DNA of 64,000 nucleotides. It comes from Smithellaceae bacterium (GTDB taxonomy: Bacteria > Desulfobacterota > Syntrophia > Syntrophales > Smithellaceae). This document shows positions 60,953 to 64,000 of this stretch, piece by piece. Numbering within the stretch: the stretch's first letter is position 1; every line of letters starts with the position of its first letter. Made by a program: the position numbers and the translations under genes. Under the pieces are notes generated by a model, which worked only from the letters and a program-made list of their open reading frames with translations, made no database searches and was not told where the DNA came from. The stretch is taken from assembly GCA_963667845.2 (NCBI GenBank), contig CAXXVL010000002.1:3264001-3328000 (forward strand), given 5' to 3'.

Positions 60953-61181
60953 ATGCTGAACCTCTTTTTATGAGATATTTTCTCTTGTTGTTAGAGAATA
61001 TATACATTTTTAGAATAAATGCAAGAACAAAAGAGGATAAATCTCTTTGTCTTACTATTTAATGGAAGGATAGTCTTTCTTTTCAATAATACTAATAATA
61101 CAAATCGGTTCCGGTGAGAATGGGCCGCCAGTAGCTCGTCGGAACCGGAACCGCTCCTTTTTATCTTTAAAAAAAATATTG

Positions 61182-61210
61182 TTGACTTTCAAAACCTAAC
61201 ATGATTTAAT
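61182..61210 (+). promoter_or_regulatory. Sigma70-type promoter for the RHH-rep unit
   Basis: TTGACT-17 bp-TTTAAT with TG extended -10, 31 bp upstream of ATG 61242. Confidence 0.6.
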
Positions 61211-61241
61211 CGCCCATAAATTAACATACGGAGGTGACATT

Positions 61242-61526
61242 ATGGTAAGACTGAAAGTGAAAGAACCCAAACATCAATTCTCTGTGATGCTTAAACCTAG
61301 CACAGTCGATGAAATCGACAAATATGCCGAGAAATATAACCTGACGAGAAGTCAGCTTATGGCGAATCTTATGGAGACAGGATTGGACGAATTGAGAGTG
61401 CTGGACAAAATAGGGATTGTTCCAATGGTTTATCAAAGTAGCAATGTAATGAGAAAATTCAAGGAAGCCCTATTTAGCGGTAAAGTTATGTTAGATAAGA
61501 AGGGCGATTTAGAAATAAAGAAGTAA
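61242..61526 (+). CDS. CopG-like ribbon-helix-helix protein
   Basis: FSVML....DEID.YAEKYNLTRSQL pattern; GGAGG RBS. Confidence 0.8.
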   Translation: MVRLKVKEPKHQFSVMLKPSTVDEIDKYAEKYNLTRSQLMANLMETGLDELRVLDKIGIVPMVYQSSNVMRKFKEALFSGKVMLDKKGDLEIKK

Positions 61527-61532
61527 TTGAAT

Positions 61533-61623
61533 AGCGAAGGCCCGAGCGCGGCAACGCCCGAGCCTTCTAACCACGTTCCTAATAGGCAATTAGCTTGGCA
61601 GCATCATGCACCGGAAGTGATCT
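61533..61623 (-). ncRNA. Putative antisense (SymR/ctRNA-like) RNA
   Basis: Minus-strand promoter at 61630-61658 and a 13-bp terminal stem (61536-61567) that pairs fully only on the minus strand. Ends are approximate. Confidence 0.6.
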
Positions 61624-61629
61624 GATGTA

Positions 61630-61658
61630 ACTATAACATCATATCCTACTGTGTTCAA
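61630..61658 (-). promoter_or_regulatory. Antisense sigma70-type promoter
   Basis: Minus strand TTGAAC (61658-61653)-17 bp-TATAGT (61635-61630), preceded by TG (extended -10). Confidence 0.65.
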
Positions 61659-61694
61659 CAAGAGCCTTCTGGAACGTATCCGGGAGGCTTTCTT

Positions 61695-61937
61695 ATGCAA
61701 TCAGACAAGGAGAAAGAATTACTTGATGTAATTTTCAGACTATTTCCCAAAGCATCAATCGTAAGTGAATCAGAGTTCTCGCGTCACGTCTTCAACCGCT
61801 ACAGAACAAGTATTTATTCAGGTCTTGCTAAGCTCTCAAAACCGCCACGACCGGTTTTGAGAGCTTGCAAGAAGAATAGGCTTGATAGCCCTCAATTATC
61901 ATTTTCTTTCCATAAAACGACCGGGGGTGGCATATGA
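61695..61937 (+). CDS. Small hypothetical leader ORF overlapping the rep start (ATGA)
   Basis: GGGAGG RBS; stop overlaps rep ATG at 61934-61937. Confidence 0.6.
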   Translation: MQSDKEKELLDVIFRLFPKASIVSESEFSRHVFNRYRTSIYSGLAKLSKPPRPVLRACKKNRLDSPQLSFSFHKTTGGGI

Positions 61938-63127
61938 CTATCAGCCACCCCGCAAACGTGAATAATATATTAGCTTCAGGAGTTGATTGGTTAACAATAT
62001 CAATTGATATGGTCTGGGATAAGCCTGTAAACGGTGATAAGCCTATTTTCCAATATCTTGATGAAATTAAGGAAGAAGCTAAAAAATATGGTGTCGATTA
62101 TCAAGGACAAATTAAGCATGTCATGCCTGACGAAGTGTGGCCTTTCACAATAAAACCTCACGGCACAAAGGGCTTTTCATGGATTCTGACCGGATGTGAT
62201 TTCACCTTTACAATAGCAAATTCAGAAAGACCCGGTTCAAGACCCAATGTGATGATTGAATTCCGAGCAGAAGCATTATGGCGTTTAGGGCCTCAGGAAG
62301 TCATAAAAATCGCTTTAGGAATACTCAAGAAGAATGGCGGGCGTGTTGATAAAGCAAAGTTGAGCCGCGTGGATCTTTGTGTTGATTTTTTACTGCCTGA
62401 AAAGATCTGGTCTTACGAACTACTGACATATTCTGTAACCAGAGCAGCCGATGCAACACTTCATTTCCATCATATGAAATTGACCGGAATTACTATTGGC
62501 AAAGGTTATATTTCAGCTCGGCTTTATGACAAACCGCGAGAAATTCAGAAGCTGTCAAAGAAAATGTGGATGTATGACATATGGAAAATCTATGAAATTC
62601 CGGCTGGCAAAAAAATAATCAGAATCGAATTTGAACTGAGAAGAGAGGTCTTGAAAGAGCTTGGCCTTAAAGAGCCTAATGATCTGCTGCAGAAAAGTGC
62701 TGAAGCATGGGCTTATTGCACAAAAGACTGGTTAAAGTTTCAAGATCGACCAGGATTGCATCACACACAGCGATCGACATTCAAATGGTATGAAGAAATT
62801 CAAAACGGTTTCAAAGGTATCCAAGGGGCAGAACCTCTAGTTAGAGAAAAGGCGATTCGTTCAGATGAAAAGCGATTAATGCAACAGGCAAACGGAATAC
62901 TAATGTCTTTGCATGCCTCTAAGCAGGAAAAAAATAATGAAGATCGTGATAAGCCTGTTAAGATAGAAGACTGCATTAGGTCATATGTGCATGAAGTCAG
63001 AAAACATCCTCTAGCGCCGTCAGAAATACAAGAAAAAGTCATAAGAAAACGATCAAAATTTCATAGAGAAAAACCGTCGATTGATGGAAGCGACAGAACA
63101 ATGCGGCATCGAGGCGCTGAAGAATGA
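61934..63127 (+). CDS. Replication initiator / relaxase of Rep_trans type
   Basis: SGVDWL, LSRVDLCVDF, TGITIG, RLYDK (candidate catalytic Tyr), RIEFELRR motifs. Confidence 0.75.
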   Translation: MTISHPANVNNILASGVDWLTISIDMVWDKPVNGDKPIFQYLDEIKEEAKKYGVDYQGQIKHVMPDEVWPFTIKPHGTKGFSWILTGCDFTFTIANSERPGSRPNVMIEFRAEALWRLGPQEVIKIALGILKKNGGRVDKAKLSRVDLCVDFLLPEKIWSYELLTYSVTRAADATLHFHHMKLTGITIGKGYISARLYDKPREIQKLSKKMWMYDIWKIYEIPAGKKIIRIEFELRREVLKELGLKEPNDLLQKSAEAWAYCTKDWLKFQDRPGLHHTQRSTFKWYEEIQNGFKGIQGAEPLVREKAIRSDEKRLMQQANGILMSLHASKQEKNNEDRDKPVKIEDCIRSYVHEVRKHPLAPSEIQEKVIRKRSKFHREKPSIDGSDRTMRHRGAEE

Positions 63128-63186
63128 TATTGACCGCGGGCCGAAATGTGCTAACCTGCCCACAAATTTGGGGAGGTGAGCTTTGT

Positions 63187-64000
63187 ATGAAGGGCGGTAT
63201 CTATTCGGCAGAAAAATGCCCGATATGCGGCAGTTCATTGAAAGATATGAAAACGTGTGTTGCCTGCCCTGATCACCCCAAAGTTAGATCATCAAGATTA
63301 TTTGTAAAGTTCGGCGGTATTCTAAAACGCTTCAGATCATATGACACTGCATCTCGATTTCTCAATGGCTTGCGCTTCAAGACCGATGAAAGCACCTTTG
63401 ATGAGAGAGATTATAAGCGTGATAACCCGCTCGGTTTTACAAACATGAGCGAGAAATTTCTTGAATATGCTAAGGTAAAAACAGCAAAGAACATGCGGCC
63501 CCATATCAACCATGCTCAAAGCTTTTTCGATAATAGGAATGTCAAAGATTTGAAATGCGGTGACTTCGAGGACTTCGTGAAGTCGCTAACTGTATCCGAT
63601 AAAACGAAAAGTAATATTATCGGAACAATCAAAGTATTCTACCAATGGATGAAAAAGCGGCAAGATGTCATTGACATTCCAGACTTTCCTAAAATCGAAT
63701 ACCAGCTTGGATATCGACGAACAGTTGATAAAGAAACACAAAGGGCAATCATTGAAGAAGTAAAACGCATTGCTCCGGCAAAAGTTTACTTAGGCATTAA
63801 ATGGCTCTCCACTTATTTTAGCGTGCGGCCGGCTGAGATGATTTCGATCAAAGAAGGAGAGATTGACCTAGGCAATGCCCGTTTATACTTCCCACACCCA
63901 AAGGAAAGACGTTTTAAGAGCGTTCCTATACTGCCCGAGGACGTTGATCTATTGAAGACCTTCTCTTTATCGTTACCGGCTATGCCGTTCTTTAGGCATG
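63187..64000 (+). CDS. Tyrosine recombinase/integrase with N-terminal Cys/His zinc-ribbon-like motif; runs off the right edge
   Basis: Not in the ORF track. GGAGG RBS; MKGGIYSAEKCPICG...CPDHP..., core-binding region (SDKTKSNII...FYQW), SVRPAEM (catalytic Arg), PHPKE. Confidence 0.88.
   Translation, partial: MKGGIYSAEKCPICGSSLKDMKTCVACPDHPKVRSSRLFVKFGGILKRFRSYDTASRFLNGLRFKTDESTFDERDYKRDNPLGFTNMSEKFLEYAKVKTAKNMRPHINHAQSFFDNRNVKDLKCGDFEDFVKSLTVSDKTKSNIIGTIKVFYQWMKKRQDVIDIPDFPKIEYQLGYRRTVDKETQRAIIEEVKRIAPAKVYLGIKWLSTYFSVRPAEMISIKEGEIDLGNARLYFPHPKERRFKSVPILPEDVDLLKTFSLSLPAMPFFRH

Larger units (their letters stand above)
57552..64000. mobile_element. Small integrative element (Int + Rep_trans-type initiator + AlpA) with defence-like cargo; continues beyond the window
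   Basis: att-like core at left, marked AT enrichment, alpA, rep and int genes. Confidence 0.85.

Noticed and set aside
61606..61620. SymE-type toxin gene downstream of the SymR-like leader
   Set aside because: The ATG opens only a 4-codon ORF, and the 80-aa ORF shows no SymE-like motif that I can recognise.
57552..64000. Prophage or filamentous phage
   Set aside because: No structural, packaging or zot-like genes within the visible element.

Overview
Bacterial chromosomal window, GC-rich over most of its length. The gene content (many acyl-CoA dehydrogenases, ligase and transferase, 2-hydroxyacyl-CoA dehydratase/benzoyl-CoA-reductase-like subunits, nifU-nifS, B12 radical SAMs) suggests an anaerobic, probably syntrophic Desulfobacterota (Syntrophales-like) organism; that assignment is inference. 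Bases 1-56.8k are metabolic and housekeeping DNA: a CHASE2 cyclase with a large NHL/FN3 surface protein, a glycosyltransferase/methyltransferase/prenyltransferase-like/acyltransferase/B12-radical-SAM operon, a ligase plus four-subunit class-I-BCR-like acyl-CoA cluster opposite an unusual 742-aa putative regulator, Fe-S assembly genes and a dispersed ~60-100 bp palindromic repeat family. From ~57.1k the DNA becomes AT-rich. It holds a decayed integrase remnant, a degenerate tmRNA-like 3' end flanked by arm-type repeats, and a compact (~7 kb, inferred) integrative element running off the right edge. That element carries AlpA, a CoiA-like nuclease, an RloB/AAA pair, a CopG-like RHH protein, a Rep_trans-type initiator and a Zn-ribbon tyrosine integrase. 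The strongest unannotated signal is an antisense RNA in the rep leader, with its own consensus-like promoter and a hairpin that pairs fully only on the minus strand, next to a hairpin that hides the ribosome-binding site of a leader ORF coupled to rep. All calls are by-eye motif recognition; no searches were run.
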